Shown here: piece by piece, positions 11,551 to 21,562 of the stretch
Numbering within the stretch: position 1 is the first letter of the stretch
Layout of the letters: every line of letters begins with the position of its first letter
From: an uncultured Acidobacteriota bacterium
Lineage (GTDB): Bacteria; Acidobacteriota; Vicinamibacteria; Marinacidobacterales; SMYC01
DNA: 64,000 nt
Direction: 5' to 3'
NCBI GenBank assembly: GCA_963815675.1
Contig: CAWFHP010000006.1
Location: forward strand, 448,360-512,359
Program-made: the position numbers and the translations under genes
The notes under the pieces: generated by a model
The model's database searches: none
What the model was told of the DNA's origin: nothing
The model's input: the letters and a program-made list of their open reading frames with translations, nothing else

Positions 11551-11864
11551 CGCGTGCGGAGATCTGGCTGTACCGATTCAAGACTCCGGACAAACAGCGA
11601 CCGGTTCTCATACTCACTCGTCCGGAGATGATTGCCGTTCTGAACACCGTCACTGTGGCAGCACTGACCCGAACGATCCGTGGAGTCGCGAGCGAGGTGG
11701 TGGTAGGTCAGGAGTGTGGGCTCAAAGAGCGGTCCGCCATCAACCTCCATCATCTCTTCACGATTCCGAAGTCGGGGCTCCGCCGTTTCGTCGGCACCGT
11801 GCCCGAGCCCACAATGAAAGCCGTGCGCCGAGCTCTGCTGCACGCGCTGGCGTTCGAATCCTGA
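11547..11864 (+). CDS. MazF/PemK-family endoribonuclease toxin
   Basis: 105-aa PemK/MazF fold sequence (IWLYRFKTPDKQRPVLILTRPEMI..., LHHLFTIPKS). Overlaps the RHH antitoxin gene by 4 nt. Confidence 0.75.
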   Translation: MTRAEIWLYRFKTPDKQRPVLILTRPEMIAVLNTVTVAALTRTIRGVASEVVVGQECGLKERSAINLHHLFTIPKSGLRRFVGTVPEPTMKAVRRALLHALAFES

Positions 11865-11915
11865 GCGATTCTCCAACTCGAGCCTCCACCGCCTTGATTC
11901 CGCGTTTCGCTGCCG

Positions 11916-14375
11916 TCAGTCGTAGCGGAGGGCGCGGATGGGCTCGATGGCCGCGGCGCGGCGAGCAGGCAGATACGTGGCGAGGGTAGCGACGGCGGTG
12001 AGGAAGAGCCCGACGGACGCGAACGTCACTGGGTCCGTGCTGTCGACTCCGTAGAGGATCGCCGACATCAGGCGCGTCGCGGCGAGAGCGCCGAGGGTGC
12101 CTATCGCGACCCCCAGAAGCGTCATGACGAGACCCTGTCGTACCACCATGCGGCTCACATCCGAGCGCGCGGCGCCGAGGGCGATGCGCACACCGATCTC
12201 CCTCGTCCTTTGCCCGACGATATATGAGATCACGCCGTAGATCCCGATGGACCCTAGAAAGAGCGCCACCCCCGCCGCTATGGCGAGAAGCATCATCGTA
12301 TAGCTCGTGCGCGCCAACGAACGAGAGAGGAGCTCGTTTCCGGTCCGGATGCTGATCAAAGGAAGATTCGGATCGAGCGACCAAACGGTGTCGCGCACCG
12401 ACGTCGAGAGACTTCCCGGCGAGACCGTCGACCGCAAACAGAGGGTCATGGTGCGCACGGCCCAATCGTCGTTGTCTTCGCCGAATCCGACGACGGGATA
12501 ATAGATCATCGGGCTCACGGGTTTTTCGAGGCCGTCGTCGTGCACGTCGCCGACGACGCCTACGATCGTGTACCAGTGGTTGATTTTCCGGGGAAGGCCA
12601 GGTGTGAGGCGTTTTCCGAGAGGGCTCTTTCCCGGCCAGAACGTCTCGGCGAGTCCGCGGCTGATCACGACGGCGCCCGTTCGCTCCTCGTGGTCGCGCC
12701 GCTCCAACGTCCGACCCTCCTCGAGAGGAATCCCCATCGCCTCGAAGTAGCCGGACGCCGCCCAGTTGGTGCGGACCACGGGCGGGAGCTCGCCCTCTCG
12801 AACGGGAAAATCTTCGAGGGCCATGCCGTTGTTGGAGTCCGAGCCACCCATGGGAAAATTGCGGATCGCCCCCACCCGGGAAACGCCCGGCAGGGCCCGA
12901 AGCTCGTCCATCAGCTTCTCGTAGAATCGCGCGGCATCGTCCGGCGTCGCATAGCTCGCCTGCGGAAGAGACAGGCGCACCGTCAGGAGATTGCCGGCCG
13001 TCCAGCCGGGGTTCACGTTGCGGAGCGACCAGAACGAGCGCGCCATCAAGCCCGAACCGACGAGAAGAACGAGGGCGAGGGCGACCTGGGTCACGACGAG
13101 CGCGCTGCGCACGAGATGAGTCTGTCGTCCGCTCGAAGCCCGGAGGCTACCCTCCTGGATTGCACGTACCAGATTCGGCCGTCGATACCGCGCGACGGGA
13201 ATGAGGCCGAAGACGAGACCCGCCACAAGTGAAATGGCGGCGGCGAAGGCGACGACCGGCGCGTGGATGCCGACCTCGTGGAGGCGCGGAATGGTCTCGG
13301 GGCTCATGGCGAGAAGCACCTTGAGCGCGGCGAAGGCGATGCCGATGCCGAGAATTCCGGCGAGAGTGGCGAGCACGAGACTCTCGGCGAGAAAGTGCCG
13401 CAGCAGGTCACGACGGCTCGCTCCCAGCGCGACCCGGAGGCCGAGCTCGCGCTGCCTTCCCTCGGCGCGGACGAGAAACAGATTCGCGACGTTGGCGCAG
13501 GCGATGAGGAGAACGACGCTCACCGTTCCCAGAAGGATCCAGAGCACGCGAGACACGTCTCCCACGACGTCCTTCATCAACGGCGTCACGAAGGCGCGGA
13601 GCTGGGCGTGCTCGAGGATCGCTGCGGTGAACTCGCCTGGATAGATGTCGGGGATGCGGTGTAGGAGACCGTCGAGCTCCGCGGTGGCCGATTCCGCCGA
13701 TACGCCGGGCTTCAGTCGGCCGATCCCCTCCTGGCTGAAGTTCACCTTGCCCAGGTCCTTCGGATCGATGACGTGGGGAATCCAGATCGCCGTCGTCTCA
13801 CCCGGGTAGGTGAATCCGTCCTTCATCACTCCGATGACCTGCCAAGGAGTTGCGTTGAGCTGAATCGTCCGTCCGACGATTCCAGGGTCCCCGCCGAAAC
13901 GGCTCCGCCAGAAAGAAAAACCGAGGATCGCGACCTGGGGCGCGCCGGGATCGTCCTCCGCCTCGTCGAAGGTACGACCGAGGAGAGGACGAACGGCGAG
14001 CGTCGGAAAGAGCGAGGCCGTGGCTTCGGCCACGTCGACCTGGGCCGGCTCTCCCACCCCGGTCAAATTCATCGAGTAGGGGCCCTCGGACAGCCCGACC
14101 CCTTCGAAGGACTGCGCGAGGTCGTGGTAGACGGTGTAGGTCGTGTCGGATTGCTGGACTTGCGGAAATCCGACGCCCGGCGCGGAGTGCCAGAGGCCGT
14201 AGAGCCTTTCGGGCTCGGGATAGGGTAGAGGCTTCAGGAGAACGCTCTGGACGATGCTGAAGATCGCGGTGTTCGCCCCGATCCCGAGGGCGAGGGTGAA
14301 GATCGCGACGATGCTGAATCCGGGCGTCCGGACGACTTTCCGCCACACGAGCTTCATATCGTTTCCCAGGTTCAC
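11916..14375 (-). CDS. ADOP-type ABC transporter permease (MacB-like periplasmic domain + FtsX, duplicated)
   Basis: Intact 819-aa ORF. N-terminus typical of Acidobacterial duplicated orphan permeases. Two FtsX-like 4-TM modules. Confidence 0.85.
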   Translation of the reverse strand: MNLGNDMKLVWRKVVRTPGFSIVAIFTLALGIGANTAIFSIVQSVLLKPLPYPEPERLYGLWHSAPGVGFPQVQQSDTTYTVYHDLAQSFEGVGLSEGPYSMNLTGVGEPAQVDVAEATASLFPTLAVRPLLGRTFDEAEDDPGAPQVAILGFSFWRSRFGGDPGIVGRTIQLNATPWQVIGVMKDGFTYPGETTAIWIPHVIDPKDLGKVNFSQEGIGRLKPGVSAESATAELDGLLHRIPDIYPGEFTAAILEHAQLRAFVTPLMKDVVGDVSRVLWILLGTVSVVLLIACANVANLFLVRAEGRQRELGLRVALGASRRDLLRHFLAESLVLATLAGILGIGIAFAALKVLLAMSPETIPRLHEVGIHAPVVAFAAAISLVAGLVFGLIPVARYRRPNLVRAIQEGSLRASSGRQTHLVRSALVVTQVALALVLLVGSGLMARSFWSLRNVNPGWTAGNLLTVRLSLPQASYATPDDAARFYEKLMDELRALPGVSRVGAIRNFPMGGSDSNNGMALEDFPVREGELPPVVRTNWAASGYFEAMGIPLEEGRTLERRDHEERTGAVVISRGLAETFWPGKSPLGKRLTPGLPRKINHWYTIVGVVGDVHDDGLEKPVSPMIYYPVVGFGEDNDDWAVRTMTLCLRSTVSPGSLSTSVRDTVWSLDPNLPLISIRTGNELLSRSLARTSYTMMLLAIAAGVALFLGSIGIYGVISYIVGQRTREIGVRIALGAARSDVSRMVVRQGLVMTLLGVAIGTLGALAATRLMSAILYGVDSTDPVTFASVGLFLTAVATLATYLPARRAAAIEPIRALRYD

Positions 14376-15232
14376 GGAGCGTCGCCCTCCTTCTTCTCCT
14401 CACTAACGGAACCGGGCCCGGACAAGTTCGCGGTTTCTCGCCGCCCGACGAATTCGTCCATCGAGGCGTTGATCCCCATGAGCTCGGCGATGGAGTCGAA
14501 CCAGGAGACGGGAAGCAGTCGAATCCAGGCGATGGTCGAAACCATCGCGGGCATGAGCAGCTTTCGCTTGTCGGACTCGATGGCGCGGAGGATTCTCTCC
14601 GCCGCCGTCGTCTCGTCCAGGATGGGAAGAAGGAGGGGAAAGCGGCTCCTCGCTCCCTCGAACATCCCCGTCGCGATGTAGAACGGGCAAACGACCGTCG
14701 TCCGGATCGAGGGGGCTAGCTTCCGGAGCTCCATGCGCAGGGACTCGTCGAATCCGACCGCGGCCCACTTCGTCGCGCAGTAATCGGAAAGCCGCGGCAC
14801 CCCGATGAGACCCCCGGCGGAGGCGATGGTGACGATATGGCCCCGGTGCCGCTCGATCATCCCCGGGAGAAACGCCCGCGTCGTCCAGAAGAGCGACAGG
14901 GCGTTCACCGCGAAGCTCTTTTCGATGGTCTCGTCGGGGATCTCGAGAAGGCTCTTTCCGCTGACGACGCCCGCGTTATTAATGAGAACGTCGACGGGTG
15001 AAGCCCGGAGCGCGGCCTCGGCGACAGCCTTTCGATCCGAGACATCCACGACGGCGGTCGCGGCACGTGAGCCAAGGCTCGCGACCTCCGCCGCGACGGT
15101 CTCGAGACCGGTGTGGTTCAGATCCCACAGCGTGATCGTTCCACCTCGCCGGGCGACGCCGAGGGCCATCCGCCGACCGATACCGCTCGCGGCGCCGGTG
15201 ACGAGGACGTGGCTTCTGGCAAGCTCGGTCAT
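14372..15232 (-). CDS. SDR-family short-chain dehydrogenase/reductase
   Basis: Rossmann TGAASGIGR motif and the YxxxK catalytic dyad (YCATK). 286 aa. Overlaps the downstream permease gene by 4 nt. Confidence 0.85.
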   Translation of the reverse strand: MTELARSHVLVTGAASGIGRRMALGVARRGGTITLWDLNHTGLETVAAEVASLGSRAATAVVDVSDRKAVAEAALRASPVDVLINNAGVVSGKSLLEIPDETIEKSFAVNALSLFWTTRAFLPGMIERHRGHIVTIASAGGLIGVPRLSDYCATKWAAVGFDESLRMELRKLAPSIRTTVVCPFYIATGMFEGARSRFPLLLPILDETTAAERILRAIESDKRKLLMPAMVSTIAWIRLLPVSWFDSIAELMGINASMDEFVGRRETANLSGPGSVSEEKKEGDAP

Positions 15233-15305
15233 GCCGGCACCGATTGTACTGCCCGGGCGTTAGAATTTTCTGAAACCTTCTCCCGTTTCGCCGGTATGAG
15301 GGGGT

Positions 15306-15932
15306 ATGAAAGGGCTCGCCCCCGTGGAAAGGATCGGCATGACGTCAGCGACGCCGAGCGCGGTTCCGGAACGAGACGTGTCCGAGGACGCCGGCTTGCT
15401 TCTCGTGGCCCACCGGAACGGCGATGGGGACGCCTTTCGAAAGCTCGTCGAGCGCTACCGGCGGCCCGTCTTCTCCTACCTGTTCCACTGCGGGGTCCCC
15501 GATCCCAATCGCGACGACCTCTTTCAGGAGATCTTCGTCCGCATCCACCGGAGGGCGTCGAGCTACCAGGCGGCGCGTCCCCTTCATCCCTGGCTTTTCA
15601 CCGTGGTCGCGAACGCGGTGCGAAGCTACTTCCGAAAGCAGAAGCGGTTCTCTCTCTTCGCCGGCCCGCCCTCGGAGAGCGTGAGAGACGACGCTCCCGA
15701 CGGCGAGACGGTGGCCTCCGCGAGAGAAACGACCGCGTGGCTCGAGCGCGCCATCCAGGGACTTCCCCTTCCGCAACGAGAGGTCCTGCTTCTCGCCGCC
15801 GTCGAGAACCTGCCTCTGAGCGACATCGCGTCGATCCTCGAGCTGCCCCTCAATACCGTGAAGACGCACCTGCGGCGCGCGCGTCTGCGGTTGATCGATG
15901 GCTACGAGCGGCGCACGGGAAGTGCATCATGA
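15306..15932 (+). CDS. ECF-family RNA polymerase sigma factor
   Basis: Sigma-70 regions 2 and 4 are present (DLFQEIFVRIHRR; LPLPQREVLLLAAVENLPLSDIA). Its stop overlaps the anti-sigma start (ATGA). Confidence 0.8.
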   Translation: MKGLAPVERIGMTSATPSAVPERDVSEDAGLLLVAHRNGDGDAFRKLVERYRRPVFSYLFHCGVPDPNRDDLFQEIFVRIHRRASSYQAARPLHPWLFTVVANAVRSYFRKQKRFSLFAGPPSESVRDDAPDGETVASARETTAWLERAIQGLPLPQREVLLLAAVENLPLSDIASILELPLNTVKTHLRRARLRLIDGYERRTGSAS

Positions 15933-18452
15933 GCGACATTCCAGAGACCTGCGAACGAGTTCGAGAAGAGCTGGCCGTCGTCGGCCGCGTACCGGAGGAC
16001 GAAGCTATCCGGGAGCACGTCGCGTCCTGCGAGGACTGCGCGCGGTTCGTCGAGAAGCTCACGGCTCTCGAGGCCGGGCTCCAAACGCTCGGCAGAGAGA
16101 GACGTCTCCGACGAGACGGTGAGCCGCCTCCTCGCAAGCCCCGAGCTCCGCAAACTCCCCTCCGTTCGATGGCAGTTCTGGGCCGCCGGGCTCGCCGCGT
16201 CGCTGCTGTTGATGGTCGTGTCCTGGCGTGCGGAGTTCTTTCAGCAGCGAGCGGTTTTGCACGAGCCCGAAATCGCGGCGTCGGCCGCGAAACGACCCGA
16301 GGCGGAGGTCCGTCTCCGGCAGGACGACCGAAGCGAGCTGAAAGACGAAAAGGAGCAGGGGTTGCTGGCGCTGCAGGCTCAGCGCGATCGGGCGCAACGC
16401 CAGAACGGTGCGGCCGCTGGCGTCGTTTCGGCCGGAAAGAAAGATTCCGTGGACGCGCCCGCTGAGCCTGAGCCCTCCTTCGCCCAACGCGACGTCGGAG
16501 TCCGTAGACAAGCTCGCGAAAACCGAGGAGGCCACGCAAGCAAACCGGATAAATGGTTTCGCCTTCAAGGGCTTCGTTGGCAGCTTCGCGGAGGGACAGG
16601 CTTCCTCCATGAACACTCCCGCGCGCCGCGCACAGAAAGAGCCTGTGTATCCCGAAAAGGCGATATCTGCCCATGTCCAGGGGACGGTGGTGCTCGAAAT
16701 CACCCTCGACCCCGAGGGGAACGTCACCGGCGCACGAGTCGTTCGATTGGTCCCGGGCCTCGACGAGGCCGCCCTGGACGCGGTCCGCCAGTGGAAGTAC
16801 GAAACCTCGGATTCGGACACGCCCCGCAGGTTCAACGTCTCCGTCGGAGTTTCGGCTTCCCGAAGCGCCGAAGCCACCGAAGCCACCGGATTTGGGCTCG
16901 GCGCGCTCCTTCCTCGAGGAACGGGACCGAGTGGAAGGCCTGCCCTTCGTCGACGCGCGAGGCTACTGGGCCAACACGTACATTCCCGGAGACGCGACTT
17001 TGCGGCGGCTCGCGGCCCGGCTCGGGAGCGAGGCTCCGGAGCTCCCGCATCGAGACGCAAGACCCGCCGCCCTTCCTCTCGATTCCATCCGCGACGTCGG
17101 CGCTCTCCCTCACGCTCCACGCCGATCGCGCCGGGATCACCGGGAAGAGCCGGCTCCTGGTGCAGGTGGGAATTCGCGCCGCCGACGGCGAGTCGCGGCG
17201 GCGGCCTCCCATGAACGTCGCCATCGTGCTCGACCTTCCTTTACGAAGCTCGCCCGAAGACGCGAAGGCGACCCGTGCCCTCCTCGAGGCGTTCGAAAGC
17301 GCGCGGGAGCCTGGCGACAATTTCCGTCTCCTCGCGACCGGACCCGGTGGAGGCGAGATTCTCTCTCCCGAGTCGTTTCGACGCGGCGCTCTAATTGTGG
17401 CACTCCGGGATCTCGACGAGCGCACGCCTGGTCCTCCGGAGACGTCGTTCACCGAAGCGGTCGCCCTTGCTTACGAGAACGTTCTCGCGGAAGACGACCC
17501 TACCCAGCCGCTCGGAACGAGCCTGGTGCTCGTGGTCTCGCGGCGAGCGCACCCGGCAGAGATTGAGGAGTGCCTCCGGCTCGCGAGCCAGGGAGCCATC
17601 GGGGGCGTCACGCTGAGCGCCGTCGACCTCGGTGCCGGTGTCCAGGATGCCGCGAGCGAGGCGAAACGTCTGGCGCTCGCCGGGCAGGGCCGCGCCTACG
17701 CGCTCGCGGAACGGCAAGATGCAGAAGCGACTTCCATCGTGGACCGGGAGCTCTCCGCGGCGAGCCGCACCGTGGCCCGCGCCATCCGGCTTCGCATCGA
17801 GCTCGCGGAAGGCGTCCGCCTCGTCGACGTTCTCGGCTCCGCTCCCTTGAACGTGCGCGAAACGGAGCGGACGCGAGCGGAGGAGCGGTCGATCGACCGC
17901 AGGCTCGCCCGCAACCTCGGTATCGAGGCCGACCGGGGAAAGGACGAGGACGGGATCCAGATTGTCATTCCCGCCTTCTACGCCGGAGACACGCACAGCA
18001 TCCTTCTCGACGTCGTCGCTCCCGGGCCCGGCCCCATCGCCGAAGTCACCGCGCGCTACAAGGACCTGGTCCAGCTCGAGAACACCGTCGCGCGAGCGAG
18101 CCTCGCGCTTCCCCGCTCGGAGGAAGCGGCTGGTCCTCTCGAGACGAGCGTTCTGAAGGACTACCTCGACTACCGCGTCTCGAAAGCGCTCGGTGACGCC
18201 TCGGAGGCGCTCCGCTACAAGAACGTGGCGCAAGCCGGCAGGAGCCTCGAGAACACCCGGGGTCTTCTGGCGGGGCTGAGCGTCGCGGTCCCGGCACTGA
18301 CTCACGATCGAGACGTCGAGAGGGACATAGGACTTCTCGACCGCTACCACGATTTCCTCGCCCGACCCGTCCAACCGAACTCGATTCAGAATCTCTACGA
18401 CTCCCTGCTCTACGCCTCCTCCCTCATGAGGCTCTGGCAGCCCGTTTCCTGA
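15929..18452 (+). CDS. Anti-sigma factor (zf-HC2) with a TM helix, a TonB-C-like domain and a C-terminal YfbK-like vWA module; several apparent frame changes
   Basis: N-terminal zf-HC2 (CEDCARFVEKL), then a frame change at a (GA)n run near 16100 into the TM helix (WQFWAAGLAASLLLMVVSW). The TonB_C region (PVYPEKAISAHVQGTVVLEITLDPEGNVTGARVV...DAVRQWKYE) lies in a third frame, 16408.., and the vWA module (PPMNVAIVLD...) returns to frame 0. Confidence 0.6.
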
Positions 18453-18465
18453 AAGAGGTATCGAC

Positions 18466-21400
18466 ATGAAAAAAAGAGGGACAGGCACTCATTTCGTCCT
18501 CGCGACCATGGTCGCGCTCTCCACGCTGGCGGCGAGTGGCATGGGCTTCGCACAAGAGGACCCACCGGGCCAGGTTCGATTGCCACTCGACGTCTACAAC
18601 CAGCTCGTGGACCAATCGCGCAATCCCGTCCCGAGGCCTCGCCCAGCCCCGGTGAACTTCGCTCTCGGGAGCGCGTCCGTGAACGTACGGGTCGCGACGA
18701 CGGAGCCGAGGGCGAGCGCCGAGGTGAGCGTAACCCTCTCGAATCGAGGTCTTCGAGAACGAGTGGGTGCTGATACCGGTGCTCGCACCAGGAACTCCGG
18801 TCACCCGCGTGCTGCTCCAGGGAAATCCCGTTCAGCTCGTTCCCACGGCCGAGGGGCTCTCGTGGGGGACCAACGTCAAAGGCTCCTACAGCATGGCGCT
18901 CTCCTACAACGTCGATGCCGCTTCCACGGGAAACGGCTACGTGCTCGCGGTACCTGTGCCCGAGGCCTCGTCGATTCAGCTCGTGGCGTCCCTTCCTGGA
19001 ACCGGGCTCGACGTCTCCGTCATCCCCGCGGCCGGCGTTCGCACATCGGCTTCAGGCTCCGCGACGAGCGTTCAAGCGACGATACCGTCCACGAGCGGAG
19101 TCCAGATCGCCTGGCACGCTCCCTCGGGGAAACTGCCCTCGATCGCGCGAGCTCTCTACCGAGGCGAGCTCTCGGACGGCTCGATCCTCTGGCGGGCCGA
19201 GCTCCAGGCCGACCTCTTCACCCAGGAGACGGCGATCCTCGCGCTCCTGCCGAGGACGGTCACGCTGGTGAGCCTCGCCATCGACGGCAAGGAGGCGCCC
19301 ATCCTCGTCGAAGGCGACCGCTTCGCGACACTCGTCCGCGGCCAGGGCTCACACCGCGTCGCGATCTCCTTCCTGACCCCGGTCGTTCAGGAGAACGGAC
19401 CACCTCGCACCGATCTGTTCGTGCCCCAGGTGCCGGTATCGCAAGTCGAGCTCGTGCTTCCGGGAAAAAAGGACGTCTCCGCCGCGCCTTCGGCGAGCGT
19501 CACGACGCGGTTGCGGGGAGGCACGACCGTAGCCACCGTTCACGTCCCGCTTACCGAGAAGGTCTCGCTTTCCTGGTCCGAAGCGATTCCCGAAATGGCG
19601 CGCCACGAGCTTCGGGCCAACGCGTCCATTTACCACGTGATCCGAGCCGAAGAGGGTGTCCTCTACGCGCGGGCGCACGTCGTCTACGAAGTGCAGCACG
19701 GCGGGACGAACCGCATCGAGCTTCAGCTTCCGCCCGCGGTCGAGGTGAACCAGGTGAGCTCCGAGGCGGGTGCCGTCGCCGACTGGAGAGTCGAGACCGA
19801 GGGGAATCGGCGCGCTCTTCGCATCTTTCTCAATCGTGAGCTCACGTCGGAGCTCAACCTGGTCGTCGAGTACAATCGTTCTCTCGGCTCTTCGGGTACC
19901 GAGGCCCTTCCGCTCTTGAGTGCCCTCGGTGTGGGACGCCAGCGAGGGATGGTCGCTCTCGTGTCGAGCCGCGACCGCGCTCTCAATCCCGCGGAGGATG
20001 GCGGCGCCACGCGCGTCGGTGAGAATCAGCTCCCTGGCTTCGTGCGGGACACCATCGACCGGACAATCGCGCACACCTTCAAGTACGTCGACGCACCGCC
20101 TTCGATGAGCGTCACCGCCTCCGCTCCCGAGCGAGCCGCAGGTCGATTCGATGCCGAGGTCGACTCTCTCCTGAGCATCGGTGAAGTCACGCTCGAGTCC
20201 TCCGCCAGCATCGACGTACACGTGAAGTCCGGAGGGGTGGATCGCGTCGAGCTTCTCCTTCCCGCGGGTGCCAACCTCCTCAATCTCGTGGCGCCGTCGC
20301 TCCGTACCCACCGGGTTGTCGACGGGGACCGCCCGGTCGTGGAGGTGGAGTTCACCCAGGAAATGGAAGGCGACTTCCGCATCGAGCTCAGCTACGAGCG
20401 CCTCCTGGACGAGAACGAGTCCGAAGTCCCCGCGACCACCGTCCGGGTCCGAGGGGCGGACGTGGAGCAGGGAAGAATCGCCATCGAGGCCTCGAGCGCC
20501 GTCGAGGTCGCGCCCCGGAGCGTCGAGGAGCTCTCCCCCATGGACGTACGCGAGCTTCCACGTCAGCTCGTCCTGCGCACGTCGCAGCCCATCCTCCATG
20601 CGTTCCGCTACGTGCGCGCGGATCCCGAGCCTCGACTCACGCTCGGCGTGACCCGTCATCCCCTGGTGGCGGTGCAGGAAGCGGTCATCGACCGCGCGGA
20701 GCACCGGACGCTCTTCACCCGGGACGGCCTCGCCGTCACCACGACCCGGTTTCAGGTACGCAATACTCGAAAACAATTCCTGCGGGTGCGGCTTCCCGAG
20801 GACTCGGAGATCTGGTCCGTCTTCGTCGCGGGAAAGGCGGAAAAGCCGGCTCTCGACGAGTCGGACGGCGCCAAGCGGTCGTACCTCATCAAGATCGTGA
20901 GCTCGACCGACGGTTTTCCCGTGGAGCTCGTCTACGCGACGCGGGTCTCCTCCATGTCGTCCCTGGGGACGGTGCGCGCTCGCCTCTCGAGACCGGACCT
21001 CCTGGTGACCACGTCTCACTGGGAGCTCTACGTCCCCGACGGATTCGACTACGGCAGGCCGTCGACGAACATGACCCTCCTCATCGACGGCGGCCGGGTT
21101 ACGAGAGACGCGATGGCACGCGAGATGGCGACCGCCGCCGATGCCGCGCAGACAGCCAACGTCGCCGAGCCGTTCCGGATCGACGTGCCGTCGTCGGGCC
21201 GCCGCTTCGCGTTCGAGATGCTCTACGCCAACCACGGCGATCTCGACGCCTCGGTCTCGATTCCGTACACGTCTCGGGGCGGCGCCGCCTTCGGTCAGAT
21301 CGTGAGCCTCCTGGGAATCTTCCTCGCCTTCGTCACGCTGAGACTCTGGCGTGCGAAAGAGGCGCGATACTCGATTCAGACGAAGCTGGCAACCGCGGCG

Positions 21401-21562
21401 GCCGCGGCGCTCCTGGTACTGGTCCCGGTTGGGGTCTACGGGGTGAGCTCGACACCCGCTCTGGTACTCGCGTTGGCTCTCCTGGTGCTCTCCGTCCGTC
21501 CGGAGCTGAAGCGCGCTCTCGATCGTTTCCGGTCGTCGAGAACGGCGGAGCAGAACGGCTGA
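18466..21562 (+). CDS. Large (~1030 aa) secreted hypothetical protein with two C-terminal TM helices; apparent frame change near 18740
   Basis: Signal peptide in ORF 18466.., then the 931-aa ORF 18767..21562 with a beta-rich body and C-terminal hydrophobic helices. Likely co-transcribed with the sigma/anti-sigma pair upstream. Confidence 0.55.
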
